Positions 1 through 9,395 are shown, counted from the stretch's first letter. The stretch is 47,840 bases of DNA from Anaerohalosphaeraceae bacterium (GCA_050309605.1 JBNRMN010000023.1:1-47840), one strand, 5' to 3'. Numbers and translations: made by a program. Notes: generated by a model not told the origin, from the letters alone.

Positions 1-1
1 C

Positions 2-94
2 ATCGTCTGGAACGATCTGACGGAACACTTAAAGAAACTGTCCAGTGGAACGCAAATTGTCAAAGAGCTTGGGCGACTACTGATCGCCGCATAA
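2..94 (+). CDS. 3' end of a gene entering from outside the window, possibly a transposase C-terminus
   Basis: Open frame IVWNDLTEHLKKLSSGTQIVKELGRLLIAA ending at TAA 92-94; higher GC than the sequence that follows. Confidence 0.4.
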   Translation: MVWNDLTEHLKKLSSGTQIVKELGRLLIAA

Positions 95-98
95 ATCT

Positions 99-977
99 AT
101 GTTTAAAAAATCAGTCAACTTGAGATACTTAGATATGATGGAAATCGTTAGCGATTCCATAAACTGCATCTCTAAAGAGTTGTCTAAGGGGCAATTATTT
201 GATCTTGTACGAGGCCTTGTGTCAATCATAAAAAGATGCGATACTAAAGTAGAAAAGCCATACTCTTTACTTATAAGTGCTTTAGTGGAGCGATATAAAA
301 AAGAAAAGAATGTGCATTATATTACTGCCATAGCTATTCTGTTAGAGCAATTTCCTGCAAGCCTATCCGAGAGCTTGCTTACCTCTATACTTGAAGAAAT
401 TAGTTCTATAGACGATAATGTCTTTTATAGAAATGAAACATGGTTGGATGACCAGTGGTTTATGGCTTTCTCGGTTGTAAATTCACCAATGTTTGAAATT
501 CGATCTGGAAGTTCTATTACTGAAAGAATTTTTTCTTCTGTATGTTTACTTCTTGCGTATAGACAAAGAGAGAGTTTAGAAAAAGTGATTTGTGAATATG
601 GATGGAAGAGGATCGGACTTGTTTTTCAAACTCTTAATAGCCATGAATGCCAAAAAAATAACATTCCAACTCCAGACTATGATGAAAATATGCCGGTGAT
701 GTTTCCAGAATATATAAAAGATGAATATCGTGATGAGGCCAGATATCTTCCAATAGTGGTAAATGGAGACTATTTAAATTATGCAGATTACATTACTCAT
801 CCGGAAAACAGAAATATGCTGTCATTACATTTACAGCTTTTTTCGGAAATAGTTAATCACTACACTAAACAGCACTGTCCTGAAAAAGCTCTCAGGCGGT
901 GTCGCAGGAATTCTGTCTTGGAAACATTTGATGTTGAATATCAACCAACAGTTACATCAGAGAAAGACAGTAAGTAG
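99..977 (+). CDS. Hypothetical protein (AT-rich, predicted helical), possibly 5'-truncated
   Basis: 292-aa ORF with no recognisable motif. Confidence 0.65.
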   Translation: MFKKSVNLRYLDMMEIVSDSINCISKELSKGQLFDLVRGLVSIIKRCDTKVEKPYSLLISALVERYKKEKNVHYITAIAILLEQFPASLSESLLTSILEEISSIDDNVFYRNETWLDDQWFMAFSVVNSPMFEIRSGSSITERIFSSVCLLLAYRQRESLEKVICEYGWKRIGLVFQTLNSHECQKNNIPTPDYDENMPVMFPEYIKDEYRDEARYLPIVVNGDYLNYADYITHPENRNMLSLHLQLFSEIVNHYTKQHCPEKALRRCRRNSVLETFDVEYQPTVTSEKDSK

Positions 978-1186
978 TAATCGAGGCGAAACACATTTGG
1001 CTCCCACTCATCCCTCCCGATGAGCAATAGCTTCGTCATCAATCCGATCTTCTTCTGTATAAGACATCTTTTTCTGCTATAAATTTTCACTTAAACGCCT
1101 AACCATCTCACATTTTATTACATTATTACATTCATTCTTTAATCCCAAAAATATTTAAATTTTTCCCAGAATTATTTCAGATCGGG

Positions 1187-1215
1187 TTGAAAAGTGAAAA
1201 ACTATTCCGTATTAT
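1187..1215 (+). promoter_or_regulatory. Putative sigma70 promoter for the ParB-MTase gene
   Basis: TTGAAA-N17-TATTAT. Confidence 0.45.
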
Positions 1216-1226
1216 GAAATGCAGTA

Positions 1227-2660
1227 ATGTTTCTTTGGAATACGAAAGTTGTTATAATGAAGGTAAACAATGAACTAAAGACTAACTCTAAATCTGAAAA
1301 AATCACAAAACACAAGAAAGCGAAAAACAGGAGTGATGTAGAAACAATTCAAATTGGAGATGCATCATTCAATCTATTGTATTCAAAAGCAGTTCCACCA
1401 TTAGAAGCAGAGCAATTCACCTCCCTCAAAGATGATATCAAAGATAATAATGGGATTATCATACCGATTATTGTGGATGAACACGCCAATGTAATTGATG
1501 GCGAACACCGGCTCAGAATAGCTCAAGAGCTGGGGATCAAACAAATCCCAGTACAGGTTCGAACGAAGTTGACTGAAGAAGAAAAGTGGCAGATGGCTCA
1601 GGATCTGAATTTCAAGCGTCGCCAGCTCACTCATGCTCAAATAACCCAAATAACCAAGGAGAATAGGGAAAAACTCCCTCAGTTGGCTCTGAAACTCAGG
1701 CAAGAAGGGATGAGCTTCAGAGCTATTGGGGATGAATTGGGAGTCAGCCATACCCAAGCGAAAAATCTTATAAAAGAAGAAGTTGCTGGAAATAATTTAA
1801 CAGTTGATTTACCTGATAAAATTAAGGGCATGGATGGAAAGAGTCACCCGGCAAAAAAGCCATTTATCAATGTAAACACACCAAAAGAACTGCAAAGAGC
1901 CATGAATGCCTGTGAATCAATAGATGCAGAGAACCTTCCTGACAAGCCTCTTGAGCTTAAGCGAGTCGAGCGTATTGCAAGGGAAAGCGAACGAGAGAAA
2001 CTCAGACAGCAGACAGTGAATGATTTCCAGAAAGGACAGATCAAGTTTCTTCAGGGAGACTTTAATATCAGAGGGCAGGAAATCCCTGATAATAGTGTTG
2101 ACCTGATTTTTACAGATCCGCCTTATCACAAGGAATATCTGCCTCTTTGGGGGCAACTGGGGACATTGGCAAACAGAGTGTTGAAGCCAGGCGGATTGCT
2201 GGTAAGTTACACAGGCAGTCTCTATCTGCCTAATATCCATGATATGCTGGGGAAACACCTTGACTATCTATGGACGGCCGCAATATACCATTCTGGAGCC
2301 AAAAAGAAAGTGCATCCGGTTGGGCTGATTCAATGCTGGAAACCCATTCTCATCTATTATAAGCCCCCTAAAAATATTTATTGGCCTACCATCACAGATA
2401 TGATCAGTGGGGGTGAAAGTAAGTCCAACCACGATTGGGAACAATCTGTTGGTGAAGCACTTCATTATATTAAAGCATTTGCTCCTCGAAATGGGACGTT
2501 GCTCGATCCACTAGCAGGATCAGGAACATCTCTGTTAGCAGGTCTCCAGAGTGGATTAGGTCTCAATTGTATTGGAATTGAACTGGATAAGGCTACATTT
2601 ATAGAAACAGAGTCAAGATTAAAAGGATATCTGAATACTGGAGAAAATTCGGCGGCATAG
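1227..2660 (+). CDS. ParB/Srx N-terminal domain + HTH + amino-type (N6A/N4C) DNA methyltransferase fusion
   Basis: ParB motif IIVDEHANVIDGEHRLR; HTH GMSFRAIGDELGVSHTQA; MTase motif IV TDPPY precedes motif I LDPLAGSGT (beta-class order); start may be 1257. Confidence 0.88.
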   Translation: MFLWNTKVVIMKVNNELKTNSKSEKITKHKKAKNRSDVETIQIGDASFNLLYSKAVPPLEAEQFTSLKDDIKDNNGIIIPIIVDEHANVIDGEHRLRIAQELGIKQIPVQVRTKLTEEEKWQMAQDLNFKRRQLTHAQITQITKENREKLPQLALKLRQEGMSFRAIGDELGVSHTQAKNLIKEEVAGNNLTVDLPDKIKGMDGKSHPAKKPFINVNTPKELQRAMNACESIDAENLPDKPLELKRVERIARESEREKLRQQTVNDFQKGQIKFLQGDFNIRGQEIPDNSVDLIFTDPPYHKEYLPLWGQLGTLANRVLKPGGLLVSYTGSLYLPNIHDMLGKHLDYLWTAAIYHSGAKKKVHPVGLIQCWKPILIYYKPPKNIYWPTITDMISGGESKSNHDWEQSVGEALHYIKAFAPRNGTLLDPLAGSGTSLLAGLQSGLGLNCIGIELDKATFIETESRLKGYLNTGENSAA

Positions 2661-2686
2661 GAAGGTAATAACATTTAGGTGAAATT

Positions 2687-3052
2687 ATGAAGAAAATCAA
2701 AGTTGGATTTGTCCGATTGACATTCGCATCCAAGGAAGATGAGAAGGGGTTCAAAGATGCCCTGAATTACGAAAAGGGAATCTTACCAAACCAGTCTGAA
2801 AGAGAGAAACAAGAGGAATCATCGGAATCTCAGCCCCAAACTCTTTGGATTGATGAAGCTGTTAAATATTTGGGATTAGACAGGACAGGATTGAAGGCTC
2901 CTGAGAGAGCCATACATCGACTCATCGACAAGGGAGCATTGCACCCCAAGAAGATTTCAGGAAGGCTCGTATTCGACAGGGACGAACTCGACAGGGTTCT
3001 TGCTGAGGGCGATCATAAGAAAGGGAGGGGGAGACCAAAGAAGAAGCTCTGA
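2687..3052 (+). CDS. Excisionase-like helix-turn-helix protein with a C-terminal AT-hook-like motif
   Basis: LWIDEAVKYLGL...AIHRLIDKGALHPKKISGRLVFDRDELDR resembles the MerR/Xis-type HTH_17; C-terminal GRGRPKKK; adjacent to a tRNA attachment site. Confidence 0.72.
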   Translation: MKKIKVGFVRLTFASKEDEKGFKDALNYEKGILPNQSEREKQEESSESQPQTLWIDEAVKYLGLDRTGLKAPERAIHRLIDKGALHPKKISGRLVFDRDELDRVLAEGDHKKGRGRPKKKL

Positions 3053-3077
3053 TCATGGAGCATCAAAACATTTCTTG

Positions 3078-3177
3078 ATTTGTACGCAGAATCATGAAAC
3101 TCACTCATTTTCTAAACATGAATTAGACAAGAATTACTTATAAAACTCCTCATTCTGCGTACATTCTGCGTACAAAT
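3078..3177. repeat. Tandem 11-mer plus 15-bp inverted repeat (candidate integrase arm-type sites)
   Basis: CATTCTGCGTA x2 at 3151-3172; ATTTGTACGCAGAAT (3078-3092) is the exact reverse complement of 3163-3177. Confidence 0.8.
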
Positions 3178-3213
3178 AAATACTGGAAATAATTCTATTT
3201 TTTCTGTGTCCAC

Positions 3214-3251
3214 AAAAAAAGCCCGTTATCAAGTTGATAACAGGCTTTTTT
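3214..3251 (-). terminator. Intrinsic (likely bidirectional) terminator downstream of tRNA-Asn
   Basis: A7-GCCCGTTATCAA-G-TTGATAACAGGC-T6 hairpin. Confidence 0.75.
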
Positions 3252-3255
3252 GAAG

Positions 3256-3328
3256 CTCCCCGAGTAGGGTTCGAACCTACGACCTAGCGGTTAACAGCCG
3301 CTCGCTCTACCAATTGAGCTATCGGGGA
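3256..3328 (-). tRNA. tRNA-Asn (GTT), no encoded CCA
   Basis: TCCCCGATAGCTCAATTGGTAGAGC...CTGTTAA...GGTTCGAACC...TCGGGGAG cloverleaf. Confidence 0.97.
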
Positions 3329-3367
3329 ATGTTCTTGCCTGATTGTCCAAGCCAGGCAAGAACTGTA

Positions 3368-3396
3368 ATTATTTCTTGAAAAGCGATTTTTGTCAA
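3368..3396 (-). promoter_or_regulatory. Putative sigma70 promoter of tRNA-Asn
   Basis: TTGACA-N17-AATAAT on the minus strand. Confidence 0.55.
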
Positions 3397-3559
3397 GAAA
3401 AAAGGCAAAAAAAATAACATAAATCGGCTAATTTTTATTTCACCATGGACAAAATCTCGACGATTTATTAGAATCTTACTGTTTACAGGGCGTCTGTCCG
3501 GTCTGTATTCAGTCAGGACGTAGCAGCCATCCCTGCAATGTCAAAACCGTAACGGAACT

Positions 3560-4441
3560 ATGGGAAAAAACAGTATTGATATTGATGGTTTCAGGATTCT
3601 CCGAAAGCTCGGAAACGGAGCTCGGACGTCGATATATCTGGCCGTGGACGAGGACACCCGCCAGACCGTCGCCTTGAAACGTGCCATCCTTGAAGGGCCG
3701 GAAGACAGTCGTATTTTTGAGCAAGTCGAAATGGAATTCAAGGTTGCCCGCCAGATTGACCATCCATATGTTCGGAAATGCAACAAGGTATTTCGGATAC
3801 GGAAACTCCTTAGAACGCAGGAGATTTTACTTTCCATGGAGTACTTTGACGGGCAATCTTTGGAAGACCAGCATCGGCTCAGCCTCGGCGATATCCTGCT
3901 GATATTCCGGATGGTGGCTATCGGCTTGAATGCCATGCACGAAAAAGGATACGTCCATTGCGACATCAAGCCCAACAATATTCTGTTCAGCCGTCAGGAA
4001 GGCATCAAAATCATCGATCTCGGCCAAAGCTGCCGCATTGGTGAGATCAAAAAACGCATCCAAGGGACGCCCGATTATATCGCTCCTGAACAGGTTCGCC
4101 GTGAACATATCAGTCACCGCACGGATATCTTCAATCTCGGGGCGACAATGTATTGGGCGCTGACGGGCCGCAACGTACCGACGCTGATTCCCAAAAAAAA
4201 TGAATTTGGAATCATGGTTTCTGAAAAAAGCGATTTCAAATCGCCCCATCAAGTGTATCCTAAAATCCCGGTAGAAATGTCCGACTTGGTGATGGAATGC
4301 GTACAGGATAAACCTTCGGATCGCCCTTCAAGTATGTCGGAAATCATCGGACGCCTGGACGTTTTGATTCGTGCCGTATTTGGAACAAAAATATCGCTCA
4401 ATGCCTCAGGAAAGCATCCGACTCTGTCAAACCGGGGCTGA
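3560..4441 (+). CDS. Cytoplasmic Hanks-type Ser/Thr protein kinase
   Basis: LGNGARTSIY, VALK, HCDIKPNNIL, DLG, GTPDYIAPE motifs; no transmembrane segment. Confidence 0.95.
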   Translation: MGKNSIDIDGFRILRKLGNGARTSIYLAVDEDTRQTVALKRAILEGPEDSRIFEQVEMEFKVARQIDHPYVRKCNKVFRIRKLLRTQEILLSMEYFDGQSLEDQHRLSLGDILLIFRMVAIGLNAMHEKGYVHCDIKPNNILFSRQEGIKIIDLGQSCRIGEIKKRIQGTPDYIAPEQVRREHISHRTDIFNLGATMYWALTGRNVPTLIPKKNEFGIMVSEKSDFKSPHQVYPKIPVEMSDLVMECVQDKPSDRPSSMSEIIGRLDVLIRAVFGTKISLNASGKHPTLSNRG

Positions 4442-5249
4442 GCTGAATCGAACCTGCCGCTATCGGGCGGGCAATCTGATACAGCTTCCCCGTACAGGAC
4501 GAGTGATCGTTGCGGGAGATTTGCACGGCCATATCCGTAACTTTGAGCGGATTGTCAAAATGGCCGATCTGGACAACAATCCCGACACCCACGTCGTTTT
4601 GCAGGAGATTATCCACGGCGGCCCCGAAGATGATTTCGGGGGGTGTTTGTCGTATCGGCTTTTGCTTGAGGCGATTCGCTACAAAATCAGCTATCCCGAT
4701 CAGGTGCATATTCTGCTGGGCAATCACGACACGGCCGTGATCAGCAACAGCTCCGTCCTGAAAAGCGGTCGTGAAATGAACCGGGCAATGAAGGAGGCTA
4801 TGCAGCGGCATTTTGCCGCCAATTATTCGGATGTGTTCAGGGCGATGGTGGAGTATCTGATGTCGCAGCCGCTGGCAGTGCGATGTGAAAACCGGATTTG
4901 GATTTCGCATTCGCTGCCGGCCGATAAAGAAATTGACCGATTTGATTTGTCGATATTTAACCGACCTTACACGCTGGATGATATCGAACGCTTCAATCCG
5001 GTATATGTGCTGACATGGGGTCGGCGGCACAGCCCCACGGCTCTCGAACGCCTGGCCGGGATGTTCGACGCCGACGTCTTCATCCTGGGCCATCAGCCGC
5101 AGGAAAAGGGCTGGACGCGGGTCGGAAGCAATACGATCATCTTAGCCTCTGAACACAGTTACGGGTGTGTGTTGTTCTTTAATTTGAGCCAGAGCTATAC
5201 CGCTGATGCGCTGGAGCGCAATATTGTGCCGCTGGCGGAAATCGAATAA
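4401..5249 (+). CDS. Calcineurin-like metallophosphoesterase (putative Ser/Thr protein phosphatase)
   Basis: GDLHG, QEIIHGG, GNHD, SHS and GHQ motifs; ATG at 4401 overlaps the kinase 3' end. Confidence 0.9.
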   Translation: MPQESIRLCQTGAELNRTCRYRAGNLIQLPRTGRVIVAGDLHGHIRNFERIVKMADLDNNPDTHVVLQEIIHGGPEDDFGGCLSYRLLLEAIRYKISYPDQVHILLGNHDTAVISNSSVLKSGREMNRAMKEAMQRHFAANYSDVFRAMVEYLMSQPLAVRCENRIWISHSLPADKEIDRFDLSIFNRPYTLDDIERFNPVYVLTWGRRHSPTALERLAGMFDADVFILGHQPQEKGWTRVGSNTIILASEHSYGCVLFFNLSQSYTADALERNIVPLAEIE

Positions 5250-5366
5250 CGATCCGAATTGACCACTTTTGCGATACAGGTGGACTCTGTGTTCAAAAAT
5301 GTTTATTTTTGTCCGTTTGCCCCTTGTCAAGCCACTGGTTTTTTGGTAAAGTACTCCACCTAAACA

Positions 5367-5439
<73 letters not shown>

Positions 5440-5443
5440 TTCA

Positions 5444-5480
5444 AAAAATCCTTATTATTAGCCCAAAAATGAGGATTTTT
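5444..5480 (+). terminator. Hairpin/terminator after tRNA-Ala
   Basis: AAAAATCCTTATT...AATGAGGATTTTT inverted repeat ending in a T-run. Confidence 0.55.
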
Positions 5481-5520
5481 GTGTTTATACCTACTCCGAA
5501 ACTACCTCAACAGCCCCCTT

Positions 5521-5581
5521 TGGCGTCCAAATGGCGTCCAAGCCCATTCTGAACCTATCCTGAAACCAGTCTAAAACCAGT
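5521..5581. repeat. Two sets of 11-bp-period direct repeats (candidate att-arm sites)
   Basis: TGGCGTCCAA at 5521 and 5532; CTGAACCTATC/CTGAAACCAGT/CTAAAACCAGT at 5549-5581. Confidence 0.7.
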
Positions 5582-5622
5582 TCGAATTTATTTTGAAATG
5601 AAAAAAAATTGCTCTGTCCGAG

Positions 5623-5835
5623 GTCAATCGCACGTGGAAATCCGCAGTTTTCAGCGCGTGGGGAACCGGCAAGGCCGTCAAAACCGACCGGTACCTCTAC
5701 ACCGAATGGACCAACGGCCAGCGGATGCTGTTTGATCATCAGACCGACCCGTATGAAAATATCAATATCGCCTACAAGCCGGAGAGTGCAACGGTCGTGG
5801 CTCGGCTCAGCGAGAGGTTGAAGACAATGGGATAG
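5623..5835 (+). pseudogene. C-terminal fragment of a sulfatase
   Basis: Frame absent from the ORF track: WKSAVFSAWGTGKAVKTDRYLYTEW...MLFDHQTDPYENINIA...VVARLSERL*, typical of a sulfatase C-terminus; no N-terminal catalytic domain. Confidence 0.75.
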
Positions 5836-6203
5836 AGAAATCGAGAAACCCGCGGTGGGTAAACCAGTGCATTTTCAGGGAATGGCGCCCATCGGCTCTT
5901 GTCAGAGAGGACATCCTGTGAGAGAGCAATATTCCATTGTGAAGGAGCGTTTACTTCTCGACAGCGGGAGAAACTGCAAACAGTATCGATTTTTCAGGCG
6001 GGATGAATCTCTTCATACCGATAGGCGGGACAATTTTACTCCGCCGTTTATACCAGCGCGACTGCTTAGTGTTAACGCATACAAAAAACGCTTGGCGACC
6101 TGCAATAGAATAGTTAAACATCAATGTAAAGCAACTGAGGTTTTGTCAAAACCGCCTTTATGATTCCGATGAGAAGCGTTTGCCCTGCCTAAAAATGGTA
6201 TTA

Positions 6204-6232
6204 TTGACAGCCCCGAGAGAGATGTGTAAACT
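6204..6232 (+). promoter_or_regulatory. Putative sigma70 promoter of the island operon
   Basis: TTGACA-N17-TAAACT. Confidence 0.55.
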
Positions 6233-6317
6233 AAAGCGGAAATGTTATGTTTTTTGATCGTTTAAATGAGCAATTTCTGCTGATGAATGAGTTCAAAGCA
6301 ATATCAATAAACAGCCG

Positions 6318-7452
6318 ATGTCAATAATGGATCACGAAGATCGAGAAATTAGCAAGTTTAAGCCGTTGAAGGCCTTTTTGTCCGATGATTATTCACGTCA
6401 TCAAGCAAAAACGCCGTCATTGCGGCCCCTCATTGGTGTTATTGAAGGGACAGGAATCGGCCCTGAAATCATAAGCGCAAGTATCACTGTTTTGGAAGCG
6501 ATAGAGCAGATTTATGGTATAACCTTTGAACTACGATATGGAGGTCCAATCGGAGAAGAGGCCGAGGCCCTACTGGGCCAGCCGTTTCCTGAATCCACTG
6601 CGAAGTTTTGTCAAGATATTTTTGCACATGAAGGAGCGATTCTCAGTGGTCCCGGTGGCTGCCGATATGTGTATGATCAACGTCGAGTGCTTGACCTTTT
6701 CTGTAAATTTGTGCGTATTAAACCCTGGTCGCAATGTGGACATTCTGATTGTTCGGGACAATATTGGCGGTGTCTATCAGGGGCAGTGGAAAAATCGTAA
6801 TACTGACGACGGTGTCGTGGCTGAACACTCATTTGGCTATAGTGAGTCGGAGGTCAAACGTCTGACCGATGTGGCTTGTCGGGCAGCCGCAAGCCGCCGG
6901 GGTAAACTGCATGTGATTATCAAACAGGAGGGCGTACCCGCAATCAGTATGCTATGGCGTGAGATCAGTCTTAAATCCGCTGATCAATATGGCGTTAGCG
7001 CAACGATGATGAACGTCGATTTAACCGGATATGAACTGATTCAGCATCCGTCAGAATTTGACGTCATTGTAACGCCCAATCTTTTTGGCGATATTCTTGT
7101 TGACGTGGCCGGCGCACTGATGGGGTCCAGAGGGGTAACGTTCTCCGGCAACTTCGGGGACAACGGCAAAGCCGTGTATCAAACAAATCATGGAAGCGCT
7201 CACGATCTTGCAGGAAAAGATATTGCTAACCCGGCAGGTCAGATTTTATCAATTGCAATGCTGCTGCGTGAGAGTTTTGGTTTTTTTGAGGCTGCATCGC
7301 TAATCGAAAAGGCGTTGGTTAATACATGGGGTCATGGCTGGAGAACAGCCGACTTGGCTGAGGCGGGATGTCACATAATAGGCACCAAGGCGATGGCGGA
7401 GAGGGTTACACAAGAAGTCTTTCATTTATCAGAGTCAAAAGGTTTAATATGA
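6318..7452 (+). pseudogene. Isocitrate/isopropylmalate (beta-decarboxylating) dehydrogenase family, frameshifted near 6725-6735
   Basis: N-half IGVIEGTGIGPEII in the frame of ORF 6318; C-half DILIVRDN, NLFGDILVD, HGSAHDLAGKDIANP, RTADL in the frame of ORF 6526. Confidence 0.85.
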
Positions 7453-9395
7453 AAGCATCACTTGTCCTGGTGGACATGCAAAATGATTATTTGGCAAGCT
7501 CCCGTCTCCAGCCACCGGCCGATACAATTATCACACAAACCGTATCTCTGCTGAATGGTTGCCGTAAACACAGCATTCCCGTTATTCATGTCTGGACAAC
7601 GGTAAGTCGAAACAACGATAACCGACTTCCGCATTGGCGTAAATCGGGTCGGTGGAACTGTATTGCAGAAACACATGGGCACAGGCCTCCAAAACGGCTT
7701 CGGGTGCTTGAGAACGATACCGTTATAGAAAAAACCGGATTTAACGCATTTGCCGACGGCACGCTGGATCGGGTACTGGGAAGCATGCCGTGTGATACAG
7801 TTATTATCGCCGGTTTGCATCTTCATGCATGCGTACGGACGGTTGCGACAGAATGTTTGGAGCGCGGTTATCAGGTGTATATTGCCGAAGATGCGGTCGG
7901 CAGCAATGATCCGGTTCATGCGGCCTCAACATATCGATGGCTGATTGAGAGATGCGTAGTATTTGAGCCTGTGAAATCTATTCTGGCTCGTTTGGATAGC
8001 GGCACGCCGTCAATGCTTGTTCACTGTTCACCTCGATTCACAGGTGATGTCCTTTTTGAGGTGCCAATCGCAGATGCTAAAGAAATTCAACGTGAAGTGG
8101 AAACAGCACAAAATGCTATGCGCCGCTGGTCTCAAACCGCTTATTCTGCTCGACAGCAAATACTTCAGACCGCAGCAAACAGACTTGAATCGACAAGACA
8201 TCAATTAGCTGGTCAAATGGCCATTGAGATAGGAAAACCTCTGTCGCATTGTTATGAAGAAATTCATAGGGCGGTCCATAATATTCGTGATACAGCACGA
8301 TACATCAGTACTATGAGTCTTGAAAAAAAAGAAAAAGCAGGCATTATTCGATACCGTTCCTTAGGCCTTGTAGCAATCATAACGGCGTGGAATAATCCTG
8401 TGGCTGTTCCATTGGGCAAAATTGCACCCGCTTTAGCGTTTGGCAATACCGTTGTCTGGAAACCAGCCCCGGCTACCACTCATCTTTCACAAGTAATACT
8501 TCAGTTGTTACGGGACAGCGGCGTACCTGAGGACTCCGTTCGTCTCCTGACGGGGGATCATACCACTGCAAGAAAACTTGCCGATCATTCTCATGTTAAT
8601 GCGGTCACCCTAACGGGTTCCGTTATGTCCGGCTATGCAATACAGGAGATTTGTTCCAGACGCATGCTGCCGTTACAAGCTGAACTAAGCGGCAATAACG
8701 CATCTATCGTGTGGGATGACGCCGATATGCAGCATGCTGCCAGGGAAGTCATATGGGCCGCCTTTGCATTTGCCGGCCAGCGCTGCACAGCCAATCGGCG
8801 TGTCATCGTGCACGCCTCGCTCGTGGATAGTTTATTAAACGAACTGGAGAACGCCGCTAACCAGCTCGTTTTGGACGATCCAATAAAACAGGCCACCGAT
8901 TTAGGGCCGGTCATAAACAACACCAAACGTGACGAAATTCAAGCGATTATCAGAGAAATCTGCTCAACAAACCAGGCAGACCGAGTGATTCTGACCCACA
9001 ACTTTGAGGCAGAGCAGGCGTGGTTCAAAGCGGGTGCCTATGCGCGTCCGGCAATTATTTGCTGTGAAAAACCTGACCATTTGATTGTACAGGAGGAAAC
9101 AATGGGACCCCTTCTTATCGTACAGCAAGCTAACGATTTCGATCATGCGATGGATTTATGTAACGGGGTACGTCACGGTCTGGCAGCTTCATTATTCAGC
9201 GGAAACCAAAATTGTCAGCAACAGTTTCTCGATCACGCTCAGGCAGGCGTTCTCAAGGTCAACTCGTCCACGGCCGGCGTCGATGTTAGTTTACCATTTG
9301 GAGGTTGGAAGCAATCTGGAATCGGCCCGCCAGAGCATGGTGAAGGGGACCATAACTTTTACACACGGATTCAAACAGTGTACATCGAATCTTAG
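7449..9395 (+). CDS. Isochorismatase/cysteine hydrolase - aldehyde dehydrogenase fusion
   Basis: LVDMQND / EKTGFNAF / HACV triad, then ALDH AWNNP, WKPA, TGS, AELSGNN, GQRCTA, EETMGP, PFGGWKQSG; ATGA overlap with the upstream stop. Confidence 0.9.
   Translation: MKASLVLVDMQNDYLASSRLQPPADTIITQTVSLLNGCRKHSIPVIHVWTTVSRNNDNRLPHWRKSGRWNCIAETHGHRPPKRLRVLENDTVIEKTGFNAFADGTLDRVLGSMPCDTVIIAGLHLHACVRTVATECLERGYQVYIAEDAVGSNDPVHAASTYRWLIERCVVFEPVKSILARLDSGTPSMLVHCSPRFTGDVLFEVPIADAKEIQREVETAQNAMRRWSQTAYSARQQILQTAANRLESTRHQLAGQMAIEIGKPLSHCYEEIHRAVHNIRDTARYISTMSLEKKEKAGIIRYRSLGLVAIITAWNNPVAVPLGKIAPALAFGNTVVWKPAPATTHLSQVILQLLRDSGVPEDSVRLLTGDHTTARKLADHSHVNAVTLTGSVMSGYAIQEICSRRMLPLQAELSGNNASIVWDDADMQHAAREVIWAAFAFAGQRCTANRRVIVHASLVDSLLNELENAANQLVLDDPIKQATDLGPVINNTKRDEIQAIIREICSTNQADRVILTHNFEAEQAWFKAGAYARPAIICCEKPDHLIVQEETMGPLLIVQQANDFDHAMDLCNGVRHGLAASLFSGNQNCQQQFLDHAQAGVLKVNSSTAGVDVSLPFGGWKQSGIGPPEHGEGDHNFYTRIQTVYIES

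Larger units (their letters stand above)
1..3255. mobile_element. Right-hand end of an integrative element/genomic island inserted at the 3' end of tRNA-Asn
   Basis: AT-rich block abutting the tRNA 3' end; ParB-MTase and excisionase-like genes; arm-type repeats at 3078-3177; integrase not within the window. Confidence 0.65.

Noticed and set aside
3331..3363. 11-bp inverted repeat upstream of tRNA-Asn
   Set aside because: Most simply a tRNA leader hairpin; no further evidence of function
5855..6163. 102-aa ORF upstream of the LeuB-like gene
   Set aside because: No motif or convincing RBS; likely spurious or degraded DNA
6318..7452. Programmed frameshift, or calling the gene leuB
   Set aside because: No slippery heptamer at the junction and sequence appears deleted; substrate motifs diverge from LeuB
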